Part shown: piece after piece, positions 45,281 through 57,000 of the stretch
Layout: each line of letters starts with the position of its first letter
Numbering within the stretch: the stretch's first letter is position 1
Source of the DNA: Pachysolen tannophilus NRRL Y-2460
Lineage: Eukaryota
Direction: 5' to 3'
Length of the DNA stretch: 64,000 bases
Assembly (NCBI GenBank): GCA_001661245.1
Contig: KV454015.1
Span: 537,465 to 601,464 of the forward strand
Notes under the pieces: model-generated
The model's input: only the letters and a program-made list of their open reading frames with translations
The model's database searches: none
What the model was told of the DNA's origin: nothing
Made by a program: the position numbers and the translations under genes

Positions 45281-46777
45281 TTAAATATCTGCATTACTTT
45301 CTGCATCCAAAATCGAATCAACAACCATCTTAACTGACAGACTTTCTTCCCACTCTTTTGATCCATATTCTACAATTCTTATCTTTGATAATTGTCTAAC
45401 TTTTCTCCAAGTTAAAAACAAATTGAACAAATCTTTTAATAAAACAACACAACAACATCCAATAATGTTTCTAATAAATGTGCCCTCATCAGGTGTTTGG
45501 GCATATTTATTAATAAACTTAGTTAATAATGGTATATGGCGTAATAATTTACTAGCAACTATTTCACCTAATTTTGGCCATAACATAGTTGTGAAAATAG
45601 TTAAATATACAGATTTTTTCTCAAATACACCCGAATAATCATGTTTAATACAATTTTCAATCTCACGCCTACTTCTTGATCTTTTAATTTTTCTCATTGA
45701 ATCATTTTTAAAAATGAAATCATAAATTTTTGTGAAAAAAGATTTAGAACTATGATATCCTTTTTTCTGTTTTAATAAATCATGTTCTAATTGAAGCTCA
45801 TATTCCTCTTTATTTTCCAGTTGTATTTGATCCAATTCTTCCAATGATAACCTATCTGCTATTGAACTTGGTTGAACAGTTCTTACCCATCTATAATAAA
45901 TTCGATTAAAAGTTAAGCTGAAAAAAATATTATACAGAAATCTTGATAAATTCAAGATTAATAATCCAGCTCTTGCCCTTGGTACCATCATATTATTAAT
46001 CCTATCCATACATAATAGTGGAAAACTTTGAACATAAAATTCTTGCAAATTAGAAGTCTTAAAAGGTGAAACTCTAAAATTTAACAAATAAATAGGAAGA
46101 CCTCCTGTAATCAGGAAAAATCTCAGTGGGATAAGATTCCTATCCAATGCATCCAATAAATTACTAGCAGGTATATTTAATAACCTCATCTGAACACTCT
46201 CGGGACATAATGTGGAAAGAATGTGTACACCTGCAGCACTGAATGAAGCAGCTACACTTGCCACTGTTGCAGTAATTGCTGTGGAAACTAAAGTAGAAAT
46301 TGAAACAAATTTTGTACCAAATATTATAAATTCTTGAATACTCATCCTTAAACTATTGATTGGTTCTTTTTCTGTCTTTAAAAAAATCAACCTTGAACAT
46401 TGTGGGCATTTAACGCTGATGGTAGTTCTTGAACGATCATTACTAACAGAACCAATACCTCTTGGTGATAATGGATTACTCGATGTCTCAATATGAATAC
46501 CAATTCTACCCCATAGACTAAAATCTTGTACCGTATTATTATTATTATTGTTGTTGTTATTAGCACCTTCCTGGATTCTTTCAGCTCTTTTTTTCTCTAA
46601 ATCAATTGATAATACCCAATTGATAAAACATATTCTATGAGCCGTTAACGAACATGAACACGGTTTGACCCAATCATGAGCATCTTTTGGTTTACCCATA
46701 GGAGGTATCTCATCCTTTGAGCCCAAACAAATCCAACAATGGTCATTAGAGTCATGCAATTCCGATGAGCTGGACAT
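45281..46777 (-). CDS. RING-variant (RING-CH) membrane E3 ligase, MARCH5-like
   Basis: CWIC...WVKPCSCSLTAHRICFINW...CPQC followed by hydrophobic segments. ATG at 46777. Confidence 0.72.
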   Translation of the reverse strand: MSSSSELHDSNDHCWICLGSKDEIPPMGKPKDAHDWVKPCSCSLTAHRICFINWVLSIDLEKKRAERIQEGANNNNNNNNNTVQDFSLWGRIGIHIETSSNPLSPRGIGSVSNDRSRTTISVKCPQCSRLIFLKTEKEPINSLRMSIQEFIIFGTKFVSISTLVSTAITATVASVAASFSAAGVHILSTLCPESVQMRLLNIPASNLLDALDRNLIPLRFFLITGGLPIYLLNFRVSPFKTSNLQEFYVQSFPLLCMDRINNMMVPRARAGLLILNLSRFLYNIFFSLTFNRIYYRWVRTVQPSSIADRLSLEELDQIQLENKEEYELQLEHDLLKQKKGYHSSKSFFTKIYDFIFKNDSMRKIKRSRSRREIENCIKHDYSGVFEKKSVYLTIFTTMLWPKLGEIVASKLLRHIPLLTKFINKYAQTPDEGTFIRNIIGCCCVVLLKDLFNLFLTWRKVRQLSKIRIVEYGSKEWEESLSVKMVVDSILDAESNADI

Positions 46778-47571
46778 TATTGACCGAAGCAATAAAAGCA
46801 AACTAATTAATTGAAACGAAATTCTCACAATGTACCAGCAAAGACAACTCTTTTTCTTTTCTTCAAAAAACTAACAAAGAAATAAAGAAAGAAAAATTTT
46901 ATTTTTTTATTTTGAACTATTCTCAGCTGATATATTAAACAATAATTTAAACTTGGAACATTCAACTCTTTATTCCTAACAATCAACTAAATGATTGATC
47001 TACCTTACAAATTACCAATTATCTTTTATAAAGAGGAATTCTGACCTGACTCTATTTTGATCTCCAAATGAACTTTTTGGTAAACTACGCACTACTTTTG
47101 CTTATGCTCTTCTCCATCAACTTCAACACAGAGTTCATAACGTTTGACACTCAGATCCACACTCAAAGATGGTCTAGATGGTTTAGATACTTTTTAGTCT
47201 ACAAAACTAATTTATTGAGAACCTAGCTAGTATCTACAAAGTATTTCAGTGTAAAGAAGTTTAAAAAGGCCGGGTATTTATTCGTTTAAAGTCAATAAAA
47301 CTAAAAAAAAAAAAAAAAAAGATAAAAACTTAAAAAGAAAGTTGGGTATCTCTCCCCATCATTGTGCATATGAATGCACACCGAAATAAAAACGTAAAGA
47401 GAATAGTTAAAAATAGTCAAATTTAAAAAAAATGAAAAGTCATTTCAAAAATGAGTGAAAATAAAAGTATAACTATGAAGAAGTAAAATACTAATCAAGA
47501 AGCAAGCTGTATAAACTTTTCGAATTTTTTTGAACAAACAAAAATGTTCAGATGACAAAGAAAAAAGTCAT

Positions 47572-48561
47572 TTAACTTGATGAAACCAATGGAAGAACGT
47601 TTTCTAGGAACTCGCCTTCTACATTACCTGGTGGGTAATATTCACAGACAACGTAGTTACTCCATACAGAGTTACAGTATTGGTAAGCGCAACCCAATTC
47701 TGTGGTGCTCTTCCAGATGACTTGGGTAAAGTGACCAGTGGATTCTGAGAATGTTGTTGTCGAGTAATTGTAGTCGTCACCTTCGGCGTACCATGCGTCA
47801 ACAGTGCCAACGATACTGTAACCAGCAGCCAAGTTTTCACCATATGGATCAGATCCATAGTAGTACTCTGAGTGTTCTAATGTGTAAGTTTCGCAGAAAC
47901 TGTTGTCTTCAATGTATTGAGCGGCATAAGAAGCCAAAGTATCAGACCAAACTAAATCTGGGACACCATGTAAAGCACGCTTTGCGTTGTGCTCATCAAG
48001 GATAGCAGCAACAAATGATGGCGAGCTTGATACAATAGCTGATGTGGAAGTGGTTGAGCTTGAACTAGAGCTGGAACTTGAAGTAGTTGAAGTACTGGTA
48101 GTTGAGGTAGTTGAGCTTGAACTGGTGGTGGAAGAAGTGGAAGAAGTTGATGAGGTTGATGAAGTTGACGAAGTGGATGAAGTTGAAGAAGTTGAGCTTG
48201 AACTTGAGCTTGAACTTGAGCTGGTTGTTGATGATGATGATGTAGTGGTTGGGCTTGAAGTGGTTGTATGTGAAGTAGTCTCGGAACTGGTAGTAGTTGG
48301 AGAAGAAGTTGAGGATTTTGAACTAGTGGATGTCTCAGTCGAAGAAGTCGAAGAAGTTGAACTAGTGGATGTCTCCGTTGAAGAAGTTGAAGAGCTCGAG
48401 GAGCTGGAAGTTGTGGTAGTTGCTGGATAAACCGTGGAGATAGTTGAACCGTTTTCAATGTATTCCGTGATGGTGACAACAGTGGTGGTCTTTGCCGCTT
48501 GCGCTATTGTCGATATCGACAAAAGCAAACAAGCTATATTAAGCGTGCTACTTATCTTCAT
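47572..48561 (-). CDS. Secreted CAP/SCP protein, Pry-like, with a Ser/Thr-rich linker
   Basis: Signal peptide, S/T tract, HNAKRALH, YGENLA, GHFTQVIWKST, CEYYPPGN. Confidence 0.92.
   Translation of the reverse strand: MKISSTLNIACLLLSISTIAQAAKTTTVVTITEYIENGSTISTVYPATTTTSSSSSSSTSSTETSTSSTSSTSSTETSTSSKSSTSSPTTTSSETTSHTTTSSPTTTSSSSTTSSSSSSSSSSTSSTSSTSSTSSTSSTSSTSSTTSSSSTTSTTSTSTTSSSSSSSSSTTSTSAIVSSSPSFVAAILDEHNAKRALHGVPDLVWSDTLASYAAQYIEDNSFCETYTLEHSEYYYGSDPYGENLAAGYSIVGTVDAWYAEGDDYNYSTTTFSESTGHFTQVIWKSTTELGCAYQYCNSVWSNYVVCEYYPPGNVEGEFLENVLPLVSSS
48030..48420 (-). repeat. Degenerate Ser/Thr-coding tandem repeats in the Pry linker
   Basis: Repeated TCAACT/TCAAGT/TCAAGC units (GAAGTT/GAACTT/GAGCTT on the + strand). 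Confidence 0.7.
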
Positions 48562-51525
48562 CTTCTCTTTTTTTTTTCTTGAAAAAGGAAATATCTCTAA
48601 ATGAGTTGAGGTGAGCTTGTTGGATGAAAAGATAAATTACAAAAGATCTGTTTTCGAAGCAGGAAATAACTCATCTTTTATACAATCTACCTTTTTGTCG
48701 AGCTTTCTCGTAAACTTGCTTCGCTTCAAGTTTTTTCATTTCTTTTTCATTTCTTTTCTTTTCTTGCTTGGTGCATTGTTTACAGAATTTCACTTTGCAC
48801 TCTGCTGTGGAAGAAGCAGGGAAAAAGCTCAACCAATTACTATTGGAATCTTCAAATTATCATACACAAGGCAAAGAGTTGTGTAAACAAAAAGTCAAAA
48901 AACCACTGCAAGATTGGTGAAACGCGATCTTTCGCATGCACAACACGTCAAAACCTTAAACTTAAAAGAAAAATATGCATCTTGGACAATTAACTTTAGA
49001 TTTGCAGGAGTTCATTACGCTTCTCAGGGAATTAGCGAATAGTTCGGTAGACAATCGTGGTTTTTTTAGGTGATCTTCAAGCATCTTTCGGTGGTCAAAA
49101 ATGAAAAATTAAAAAATATTTTCTGTGAATTGTAACTACGGTGCATATAGAAAACCAGAAAACCGAAAGAAAAAATAAAATAAAATAAACTAAAGCGTTT
49201 GATAGAGGTGCTGAGTACTGTTTAGAAAAAATTTTTTTCTAGCGGTTTCGTGTTTTATTTAAAAGACCTCAAAACACGATTAATCAAACATGAGATGATC
49301 TCGGTAACCGTTGAATTTGACGTTGTGTTCAGTTGAATGGTTGACTTTGATCGGGTTTTATTATTATTGTGGGACATAAACAAACAAAAAGTACCTTTAA
49401 TGTTTTCATTCTTTTTTTAAGAGTCAGTAATTAAATAAGTAATCCTCGTTAAGCTTATACTACAGGATCATACTATGTTACGTATGCACCACGAGTACTG
49501 CACCAGCCGAATTTTTTTGGAATATATAACATTACTTTTCGGCTTGGAGGACCCGATTGGGACCATTTTTTACCAGGATTGAGAGCGCATGTAGGTAGCT
49601 TCCTTGTACACTTTAACTCAGTTCCTGGGACTCTGGTACCAAAGAGAAGCGAGAGCAAAAATCAAAAGAAATATTATTCACGTTTTGAAAACTTGTTTGG
49701 GGCCTCTCTAACATCATAGGTCAGTGGTAAGTTTAATGTTTACATTTTCTTTCAAGTGTCATAAACGTAAAACTCCCACAGATGTGTATATATTATAAAT
49801 AAACAAATGATTATATATAATACCGAGCAATAGAAGCATATTAAAGTTTAGAGAGACATACATATCGTCGTATACATTTATTTTATAAATATATGGTAGT
49901 ACAAACAAACAAATAATCTGGATCTGCGTTGCGTGCAAACTTTGTCTTTCTCCACCCCCCACTCAACTTGATTGAGCATTAAGTCTGAATAAGAGATGAC
50001 AATGACTTATCCTTACGAAACAGAAAGATTTGCACTCAAGCCAGTTAGTTATCCGCTGAACAGAACTTAATATCTTATATACCATTTCCTATTATAAACA
50101 AACTTTACAGTACAATACAATACAATAAAATGAAATAATATATATATATATATATATGCTTAGTCAAGCATGCCTAAAAAACCTGGGAAGTTCACTACTG
50201 GGGTCATATTGTCATAATCATGGTATTAAATAAACTGTAAAAAAATTCCACTGTTAGCCATTTCCTCTTTCGTCAATCTACAATAGGAAATCTAATTAGT
50301 TAGTCAGCCTTTTGCTAAGCTTAGATTCGGATCTTTGCTCTTTGATCTCACGCACTACCCAAGTGAGCCTTCCATTTAAGCTATTGTGCATGTGGCTCAA
50401 TTGGTAATTCTTTGCTCAATTGGGAAGGGTTCCCTTTTTCGGCAAGATCTTCTTACGGGAAAAGGCCCTTTAGGGACCAAAATAAATACATGACGCATAA
50501 TATAACAAATTTTCCCTGCCACGCCACAGGACCCAAGTGAAGACAATTAAACTAACTATAGGAGAAGCTTATGCTTAGGATTGCAATGTTTATGGGTGGT
50601 ATTAAATATCAGAGAAAACAATAGAGCTAATAAGTATAGTACAGACAGGGTATAATGAGATTGATGTCTCTTTTTTTTTCAAGTTAAAAATATCAAAATA
50701 ATCCTAATGTAATTGGAGAGAGGACACGGGCATTAATATTAATATTAATAATAATATTTTTCATTTCTCATTTCTCCTTTTTAAGCTATCTGACAGGTTT
50801 TTTCTCTCTCTCTAACTTTATTTTTCTGCAGTGTCTTTTTTACTGGCTTTGGCCTTTTTTTCCAACTAACTAGATTGAGATATTGAGACATTTGTGGGTG
50901 AGATTCTGGCAATTTTTTAACTATTCAGAGTCTATCCATGCTAGATAACATTTTAGTGAAATTGTCCACCAAGATTCAAATGCACGTAATTTAACACAGT
51001 ACATATTATATTATTTTCAATTGTTTTTGCATCCATTGCAGGACTCTCAATAAACTTGTATAGCTTTTGATGTCATTGCATATAATATACATCTTTCCAA
51101 AATACCTCATGCCCAGATACTTATAATTTTACCCGAATACTTCAGGTGTTGACATGGGAAACGATGGTTGAAATTAATCACAGAAGAGGCCCTTGCCGAC
51201 TTGCAAAAGTATTTGGGAAGGTAGAAATTAATTTTCTATTATTCCTTTGACGTCAATAGCAAATTGTCGCTTTGAAAAAGTAAACTATACTGATAAAAAC
51301 ATGATTATGAATATGACTTTCAATTAATATACAATATATCCTTGAACCAAGGAATATATGTAATGTGAGGGATTCTTTTACAACTAAAAAAAAAATAAAA
51401 ATAGAAAAATTATTTTTAGCTGATGCAATGAAACTAATGATGATGCTTATTAGAACTTGCTACAAAGAATACAAAAAAAAAAAAATAGAAAATAGAAATT
51501 TTTAATTTTATCGAGAGAACTTTTG

Positions 51526-53271
51526 TTAGCGACCACCACCAAAAAGTCCGAAGAACCCCTTTTTAGCTTTATTTGATTCCTCTTCATTTGCTCCTCTTTG
51601 TACTTCTCTCTGTTCATTTTTATTAGTATCATCGTCATAGGTGATATAGTTGAAGGCAATGTCAAACAAAACCGGTTTGACGTGGATCGGTTCGAAATTG
51701 TTTTCCATATTAACCACTTTGTTTAACGTTTCATCTGCCGAACCACCGATAAACTTATTTATGTTATTTATTAGGAAATCATCACTAGTCTTTCTGGATT
51801 CAAAATAATTACATAAGATATGAACCTTGTTCAAATTACGTTCTACTTCCAATTTCAAAGTTTCAACGTCTTTTGAAATTGGCAAGTTAGGGATATTAAT
51901 ATGATCTATGACGTCGGTTGATTCCAAGAAATTACAAAGCTGGTTTGCCTTGCTTAGCAACAGCAATGATTCCTTTAACTTTCTTGAAGTCAAGTAAGAT
52001 TCAGCTAATTTAGTAATTTTGATGATTTGATAATATGATTCAATGGTTTCTAAAGCTTTCCACATCTCTTCATTGTTATATACACCAGGCAAATCTTTTA
52101 ATTCTTGCACTGCCCTCAAGATATTTTCCAATATTCTCAAGATATCTTTGTTTTTCAATAATACAAAATTTTTTGACAAGTTTTTCTTTTGTTTAATGCT
52201 CAATTCTTCAATCAAAGTTAAATCTCTTCTGATTTTCAAAAAAATCAATTGATATTTGATATAGGCCAATATGACTTGATTATCTTCTATTTCTTCATCA
52301 GTTAAATCATTAGTTTTCTCCATTTCAGTACTATGATGTTCCAATACTTCTTGCCAAGCCAATAATGCTGGATCGTATGAAGAAACATTGACAAAATGTG
52401 GTAAAGTTTTTGCCTGAGCAAACATAAGCAATCTTGAAGTATCTTCAGATCTAATATCAGCTGAATATTTTGACCATTGAATTTTTTTCAACAAATCAAT
52501 TGACATCTTATCTTCTGCCTTGGTAAACGCAGCATCTTTGGAATTAACAATGTCAACAAGTTCTTTTAAACAAGGAATGGTATTATCATTGATATGGAGA
52601 CGAGCAATATTATTCAAATCAGGTGTAGCTGATAAGGACAGCCCATTAATGTGATATAATGATAATTTTAAAGATGGATCAACTATAGTATCAATCATTT
52701 CAACAAAAATTTCCTTATTTGAAATATTATATTTAGAATTTTTATCACTTGACAGTTTATCTAAAAATTGTAAACCTATCCTAGCAATTGAATATGAATA
52801 TATTGAATCATTCCAATTTTTTTTAAAAACTGCATAAGAACCAAAGACAATTGCAGCATAAATTAAAAATTCTAATTTAATAAATAAATTTTTTTCATCT
52901 TTGATGATTTCTAATAATTTCTTACAATTTATCAACGATTTTTTATACTTAGACCTAATGAAAACTTCTTTGGATTTTGAAGATTGAACTTCTAATACAG
53001 TCTTGGTCTCTAATGCATGAATAATATCACGCTCAATGTTATACAAAAATAAAAGTCCATATTTCGGGTTGGAATTATAATCAACACTAGTCACCTTGGA
53101 CTGTTTTTCTTTAGACTTATAGTTCTTGGTATCTCTTGTATGAATCTTTAATTCTTTCCTCAATTTACCTAACCTCTTATTTATCCTCTTTCTTTGATTA
53201 TGGTAGTCATTAGCAGAAGTTAAGAAAAGATTAATACGAACACCAAAAGTGGTACTCAAAGGGGAATCCAT
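51526..53271 (-). CDS. SRP68: Signal recognition particle subunit Srp68
   Basis: MDSPLSTTFGVR...DYHNQRKRINKRL, KPVLFDIAFNYI, C-terminal KKGFFGLFGG. ATG at 53271. Confidence 0.9.
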   Translation of the reverse strand: MDSPLSTTFGVRINLFLTSANDYHNQRKRINKRLGKLRKELKIHTRDTKNYKSKEKQSKVTSVDYNSNPKYGLLFLYNIERDIIHALETKTVLEVQSSKSKEVFIRSKYKKSLINCKKLLEIIKDEKNLFIKLEFLIYAAIVFGSYAVFKKNWNDSIYSYSIARIGLQFLDKLSSDKNSKYNISNKEIFVEMIDTIVDPSLKLSLYHINGLSLSATPDLNNIARLHINDNTIPCLKELVDIVNSKDAAFTKAEDKMSIDLLKKIQWSKYSADIRSEDTSRLLMFAQAKTLPHFVNVSSYDPALLAWQEVLEHHSTEMEKTNDLTDEEIEDNQVILAYIKYQLIFLKIRRDLTLIEELSIKQKKNLSKNFVLLKNKDILRILENILRAVQELKDLPGVYNNEEMWKALETIESYYQIIKITKLAESYLTSRKLKESLLLLSKANQLCNFLESTDVIDHINIPNLPISKDVETLKLEVERNLNKVHILCNYFESRKTSDDFLINNINKFIGGSADETLNKVVNMENNFEPIHVKPVLFDIAFNYITYDDDTNKNEQREVQRGANEEESNKAKKGFFGLFGGGR

Positions 53272-53590
53272 AATCAAACTCTCTCTTTACCAGTTACTAC
53301 CTCTCCAAACTAAACCGTTTCCAAAAAAAGATAAATATATATATCTATATATATTCAAGTACTAATTATAAATATTATCCAACTACTATTCCGTTCTTCT
53401 CATACTAGGTTTCGTCGTCTTCGTCGTCTTGGTCGTTGTCGTCGTCGAGTATAAAATTTTCAACCTTCTTATTATTAGCAAACTGTGCACTACCAAGCAG
53501 TTGAGTCTTATCGTCCAGGACAGCAAACGACTGGTGAAGAGAATGCTATTGATTCATTGATGGATACCTTCGTTTTTTTCGGTATGGGTG

Positions 53591-54052
53591 ATGGAAGTTT
53601 TTGTAAGTGATCCTTGGTTTGGTTTGTTGGCTAAACCTAAACAAAAAATTGAAGAGTTTTTACTATTGAAAAATGTGGATTTTAAAAATGCAGTTATTCG
53701 TAGAGTTGGTGATGGTATAACTTACATTTTGAAAAATGACAACCTATCGTTTTTATTTATTGTGAATGAAGAAGGTATGGAGTTATTAGATAGTATTGAT
53801 TTCTATAGATGTAGATCTCTGTATTTTGTTGATGATATAGGGGATTTGCCATTACCTTTCAATATAAGTAAAGACGATACTGGAGCATCGCTAGTTGCCA
53901 AGTTTGGTGAGCCTTTACAAAAAGGTGGTGGATTCAAAGAGAAGATCAATATATGGTTAAGATGGGAGTTTTTACAAGTTGAAATAGATAATAAAAGCTG
54001 GGAACAGGGGAAAGATGCGAAATGGGTTAGTCTTACGATTTTCAAAGGGTAG
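53591..54052 (+). CDS. Uncharacterised small protein
   Basis: 153-aa ORF with globular composition (GASLVAKFGEPLQKGGG...IWLRW) that fills the gap between SRP68 and PEX6. Confidence 0.65.
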   Translation: MEVFVSDPWFGLLAKPKQKIEEFLLLKNVDFKNAVIRRVGDGITYILKNDNLSFLFIVNEEGMELLDSIDFYRCRSLYFVDDIGDLPLPFNISKDDTGASLVAKFGEPLQKGGGFKEKINIWLRWEFLQVEIDNKSWEQGKDAKWVSLTIFKG

Positions 54053-54081
54053 ATATGAAAGTAATAAATATGTATAAATAT

Positions 54082-57000
54082 TTAATTTTCTAAGAAATTA
54101 TTATCTCCACCATTGGAACTTCCATTAGTTATGTAGTCGATTGAATGATTTTTTTGTTCAATTTTTTCTCCACCGCTTCCTTCAAAATTTTGTCTTACTC
54201 TTAAATAATGGTCTAATTCCTCAGCAGAAACAGATGGAATTATTTCGTTTCTCAGTTTAATGAAATCTTCTTCTTTCACTAATACTTCAACATCTTGTGA
54301 TGAGGCAATATTATCAAACCAGTATCTTAAACTGATTTTTTCTTCTTCTTTTTCTATAGTTGCATTGTGGTCTTGGAACATTCGATCAACGTCACTTGCT
54401 GTTCTTGTCATTGCATTTAACATCGCATCTGAACAAAGGGCATAAAAATCGGCACCTGTGAAATGAAATGGACAACTTCCAGCGATATGTGATAAATTAA
54501 TTTGTGAGTCCATTTGAAATTTTCTGGTTAAAGCTTCTAAAATCTTTGTTTGTTTAGTATGAGTATCGGGAATTCCAAGGTAAAGCATTTTATCAAATCT
54601 ACCAGGTCTCAATAATGCTTCATCCAATAAATCTGGCCTATTAGTTGCACCAACAACAAATACACCATCACCACCTTCAGAGTCACTCATTCCATCCAAT
54701 TCTGCTAATAGTTGGGAAACTATACGATCCATCACACCACCGGAATCACCTTGGTTACCTCTCTTGGGAGCAACAGAATCTAACTCGTCAAAAAATACAA
54801 CACAAGGTTTAGCATCCCTAGCTTTTTGGAAAACTTTTCTAACATTTGCCTCTGATTCTCCAATATACATATTTAATAATTCTGGACCTTTGACAGAGAA
54901 AAAATTTAAAGCAAAATTTGTGGCAATAGCTTTGGCTAATAGTGTCTTACCTGTTCCAGGTGGACCATAAAATAATATTCCACTTCTTTTCTTTAAACCG
55001 TTATTGAACAAATGCGGATGCCTTAAAGGCATGTCAATTGTATCCAAAATTTCATCTTTAACCATATCTAAACCACCAACGTCTTCCCATTTAACGTCTG
55101 GAATTCTAGGTGCACCGATAGAATCGCTAAATTTACTTCTGGCATTACCAATAGCTTTATCAAAATCTTCAGGTGTCAAAGTTATATAACCACCATTGTT
55201 AATGATTAGTTGAGTTAAAGTAATAGTTAGTTTTTCAGCTAAAGACTCAAATCTTTCAATTGCAAAAGATTTAGCAGCTCCAACAATTGAAGATAAATCT
55301 CTAGGTGTTAACCCAGCACTTTGCAAAGCCAAGTGATCAAAAGACAAATCTTCTCTTGGTAAAAATTGGTAATCTGTTAAAGAAAAATTAGTGCTATCGC
55401 TGTCCCCAACAGAAATTAAAAATCGAAAAATTTGTTTTCTTTCAAATTCGGTCGGAACATTCAAATTAATTTCAAACCTCAAGTTTGATCTAACAGTATC
55501 AGATAGACAGTCTGAGTCGCTTGTAGAAACTATGAAAATAACTCCTTTTTGTTTAGAATATTCATCAATCAATTCTGCAACCTTCAAATTAAGTGACTCC
55601 TTTTGTTGATTAGATTGCAGATTCAGTTGTTGGTCAACTTTCTTAGCTATTGCTTCAATATGCCTAAGATGTATTATCAATGGTGTAGCACTTTCAACAA
55701 TTCTATCCAATTTACCTCTCAAGGTTCCAATGGTTTTGACATCAGAACTGGGATTTAATACCTCATACGCATCTAATTCAACTAAATGAACACCTAGTTC
55801 AATTGATAAATTCTTTACTAGCAATGATTTACCTATACCCCTTGACAGACTACTTAATAGTACTGTTGTTTGCAAATTAAAAGATCGATTTCTATTTAAC
55901 AAGGAAGTCCCAATCAATTTCCGGAGAGTTTTTGCGAATTGGAAACTATAAGTGTTATTCAGCAATTTAACATTTGGAAATTGGAACAATCTTTCTAAAC
56001 CTAAATATTCATACCAATTCAATAACTTATAATCAAGAATTGGTGGAGCTTCTGTAACAATTCCAGACTGAATCATTCTTGTACGCGATGAATCAATAAT
56101 ATATTGGCCATTATGATCGTGATTGTTATTATCGCCAACAACTTCTGTTACCTTGAACCAGGCAACGGCATCACAGTTGCCACCTGGTATCACACTTGGA
56201 AATTCTGGTTTATTCACATCATCTGTGTTCAGCAGCGATTGCAAAGTCTCATAGGTACTGAAAATTGACCTTGCCAATATTGTATCAATTGGAATTGGAA
56301 TAAGTTGTCCTTCATAGACAACTCTATTCTTAACTTCAAAGAAAGATTTTAAATTGGAGAGAAATAAATGCTGAAGAGTACGATCTAAAGTGATCGGTGA
56401 AGATACTCTGGCAATATTTACCTGTTTTGCAATAGGTACGTTGAATGATTGCTGGGGTTTTGAAATACGGGATATCCATACTGAAAGTTTTTCAAATTCG
56501 AAATTTGGAACTAACAAATTCTTATATAAATTTAATATTGAAACGGAGGATAAGTAGATAGTATTGGATTCAAATTCATTAGGTTCCAAAAATGAAAAAA
56601 CTTTAAAGGTTCGAATCTGGGATTTGTCAGTATCTTCTGAAGTTGAAATTCGAACTTTGATGTAGTCACCACTAAAACATCCAATCTTGTTTAACTCGTT
56701 AATTTTGACAAACCCGAATATTTGATCGTCTTCCTTCCCTTCTTGAGAGGGTGTAGGTGCAAAATTGTTTATCTTGAAAAGTAACGATTTCAAATTAAAC
56801 TTCAATTCTTTTAATTCTGTTTTTGGGAAATTCTCCTGTTCTTCTTCCTCATCGGATGACTCCAATGAGAGATAATCTAAGGTGTTTAAATTGATGGTAT
56901 CAATTATTGGCTCATTAGCCGATACTGCTTTTTGATAAAAAATTTCATCGTTATCCCTTCTAACAACAGTAACATTTGTTTCCTCTGTCAATAATCCTTG

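Noticed and set aside
47987..48430. 147-aa Val/Glu-rich + strand ORF and overlapping alternative-frame ORFs
   Set aside because: Antisense or frameshifted shadows of the Ser/Thr repeat in the PRY-like gene.
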